From NCBI GenBank assembly GCA_963827655.1, contig CAWHCF010000023.1, positions 505,466-569,465 on the forward strand: 64,000 nucleotides of DNA, in the 5' to 3' direction. A program made the translations under genes and the position numbers. Below the pieces are notes generated by a model. That model did not search any database. It was not told where the DNA came from and saw nothing but the letters and a program-made list of their open reading frames with translations. Source of the DNA: an uncultured Acidobacteriota bacterium. GTDB taxonomy: Bacteria; Acidobacteriota; UBA6911. This document shows positions 62,297 to 64,000 of this stretch, one piece after another; within the stretch, counting starts at the first letter, position 1; each line of letters begins with the position of its first letter.

Positions 62297-62583
62297 GGCT
62301 CAAAACCTCCACGACTAGTTGATGCTTGAGAGGGTCCGCCGTCTAGCTTCTTTATACTCCTCGTGACGTTGCCATATCAATCGATGTTCTTGATCGGGAT
62401 GCGAGCCGAAGCGCGCACACCAGAATACGGCACCGTAATTGCGGTCAAGGTGTGATGGGCCCGATTGAAAATAAGCGGTTGTAACCGGGAGCGTGATTGA
62501 CCTATCCTTTCTGGTCGGCGGTCGCAAGGCAGGCTGTCTGCAGTGACCCATTCCATCGCAAGAGATTTGAAGGGAGATCCAGC

Positions 62584-63123
62584 ATGATCCGAAGCCACAG
62601 CGTTGTTTCACTCGCTCTTTTCCTGACGCTTGCTATACCCGCATCGGTTGGGGCCTGGGCCGATCCCCCCACGGTCGGCCAGCCGGCGCCGGACTTCAAC
62701 CTCAAGAGTAACGAAGGCAAGCCGGTCAGCCTGAAAGATTTCCGAGGTAAATGGATCGTTCTCTATTTCTATCCCAAGGACTTCACTCCTGGCTGCACGA
62801 CCGAGGCCCGGAACTTTCAGCGCGACCTTGCCTCCTACGACAAGCTCAACGCGGTCATCCTGGGCGTCAGCGTTGATACCGCAGAATCCCACGAGGGCTT
62901 TTGCGCAAAGGAAGGGCTGAAGTTCAAGCTGCTGGCCGATGCAGGCGCCAAGGTTTCCGACAGCTACGGTTCGGTCATGGAAAGAGAGGGGAACAAACTC
63001 TCGGCGCGCAATACCTTCATCATTGATCCCAGCGGAAAGATCGCCAAGACCTTTATCGGCGTGAAGCCGCCTGCGCACAGCGAAGAGGTGCTCGCGGCTC
63101 TCGCCGAGCTGCAGAAGAAATAG
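62584..63123 (+). CDS. bcp: Exported BCP-type peroxiredoxin
   Basis: FYPKDFTPGCTTEA, GVSVD, RNTFIID; signal peptide. Confidence 0.9.
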   Translation: MIRSHSVVSLALFLTLAIPASVGAWADPPTVGQPAPDFNLKSNEGKPVSLKDFRGKWIVLYFYPKDFTPGCTTEARNFQRDLASYDKLNAVILGVSVDTAESHEGFCAKEGLKFKLLADAGAKVSDSYGSVMEREGNKLSARNTFIIDPSGKIAKTFIGVKPPAHSEEVLAALAELQKK

Positions 63124-63265
63124 CGATCTGCCGACGAGGCGGGGTGTGCGTTGCGATCGTTCACCCCGCGATGCCTCAAGCGCTCGAAAGCTCGTCCAAC
63201 TCCGCCGCCTCCACTGTCACACCCAAGCGCTCGCAGTGCCTCTTCGTGTCTCGGTGGTTTGGCCA

Positions 63266-63293
63266 TACAGATTGAGTATGATATAAGTCTGTA
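63266..63293 (+). promoter_or_regulatory. Inverted repeat around a -10-like box upstream of the TA pair
   Basis: TACAGA...TATGAT...TCTGTA. Confidence 0.45.
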
Positions 63294-63320
63294 CAGACGA
63301 GCCGGGGGGCATGGGACGCC

Positions 63321-63527
63321 ATGGCAAGCAGATTCCAACGAAAAAACTATCGCATCGATACAACCAAACTCAACCGAACCAGAAAGATTCTGGGAACGCG
63401 AACTGAGACCGAAACGATCCATCGCGCCCTCGATCTCGTCGCCGACGAGGTCGAGCTGGCAAAGGCCCTGAAGGATCTCGTGGTGAAAGGGCGCGGTCAG
63501 ATCGAAGACATCGATGCCGACCGGTAA
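63321..63527 (+). CDS. VapB-like ribbon-helix-helix antitoxin
   Basis: RKNYRIDTTKLNRTRKILGTRTETETIHRAL; overlaps the PIN gene. Confidence 0.75.
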   Translation: MASRFQRKNYRIDTTKLNRTRKILGTRTETETIHRALDLVADEVELAKALKDLVVKGRGQIEDIDADR

Positions 63528-63951
63528 ATGGGTTCTTTTCGACACCAGCGTCTACATCGCTGCAATCCATGGCGGGATCGAGAGCCCGGCCTTCTTGCTG
63601 CTCAATCGAGAGCTACCAAAAACTTTCCTGGCGTCGGTAGTCTCGGCTGAGCTACGCGCAGGGGCGACAAGCGCGCCAGCTCGGCGCGCCGTTGAGCAGT
63701 TCACATCCAAGGCGCAGAAAGTGGGCCGGGTGGTCGCACCCAGCGCCGGCACATGGGACCGCGCAGGAGACCTGCTTGGCAGGATCCGCCAAACAGAGCC
63801 TCGTCTGCGCTCAAAGATCCCAGGGTTTTGGAATGACCTTCTGATCGCGCTTTCTGCCCGTGAGCTTGGAGCGGCGCTGGTGACGTGCAATGCGCGCGAT
63901 TTCGAAGTGTTGAGGCGTTACGTCAGTTTTGAGCTCATCGTTTTCAACTGA
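63514..63951 (+). CDS. vapC: PIN-domain toxin (VapC)
   Basis: LFDTSVYI, VSAELRAG, NDLLIALSA, LVTCNARDF. Confidence 0.9.
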   Translation: MPTGKWVLFDTSVYIAAIHGGIESPAFLLLNRELPKTFLASVVSAELRAGATSAPARRAVEQFTSKAQKVGRVVAPSAGTWDRAGDLLGRIRQTEPRLRSKIPGFWNDLLIALSARELGAALVTCNARDFEVLRRYVSFELIVFN

Positions 63952-64000
63952 CCACGATCAGTCGAGCTGTGCTTCGCGTTTCTTGGTGTCTTCGCGGCTT

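Larger units (their letters stand above)
363..64000. repeat. Dispersed intergenic octamer-trimer repeat family, consensus A-CCRCNAAG-RCDCNAAG-RCRCNAAG (about 21 copies)
   Basis: Plus copies near 363, 1354, 3120, 19159, 20618, 36173, 47612, 55291, 57533, 61167; minus copies near 11082, 13012, 28650, 36131, 47570, 50173, 52326, 55260, 61112, 63234, 63972. Confidence 0.85.

Noticed and set aside
62297-62583. Divergent intergenic region as a riboswitch
   Set aside because: No riboswitch consensus recognised.
63139-63169. GCGGGGTG...CACCCCGC hairpin after bcp as an intrinsic terminator
   Set aside because: Stem present but no U-tract; too weak to call.
363-64000. Octamer and heptamer repeats as a CRISPR or guide-RNA array
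   Set aside because: Copies are dispersed and degenerate, with no regular repeat-spacer period and no cas-like gene.
1-64000. Prophage, ICE or integron
   Set aside because: No integrase, transposase, phage structural gene or attC-like site recognised; housekeeping genes are interspersed throughout.

Overview
GC-rich bacterial chromosome segment, most likely Acidobacteriota (three Oar-like TonB-dependent receptors, Hanks kinases, futalosine pathway). About 55 genes; no rRNA, tRNA, CRISPR array, integrase or transposase seen. Main blocks: (1) an actinobacterial-style FHA / PP2C / Ser-Thr kinase / SEDS-PBP fusion / FHA cell-wall signalling cluster with altered sensor domains, an unannotated 34-aa FhaB-like membrane peptide and an upstream DPBB-like protein; (2) a TonB receptor / TPR / PQQ-type dehydrogenase / octaheme cytochrome run; (3) a Rieske/cytochrome b complex with an octaheme cytochrome c; (4) mqnC preceded by an MqnE paralogue lacking one radical-SAM cysteine; (5) three PIN toxin-antitoxin pairs. 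Signals the ORF track misses: a secreted rhodanese whose catalytic codon is TGA (probable selenoprotein), about 21 intergenic copies of an octamer-trimer repeat, two heptamer repeat families bracketing single genes, and a REPIN-like element with a 14-bp direct repeat. At least 15 apparent single-base frameshifts split otherwise intact genes, most likely assembly errors. All calls come from reading motifs by eye; no searches were run.
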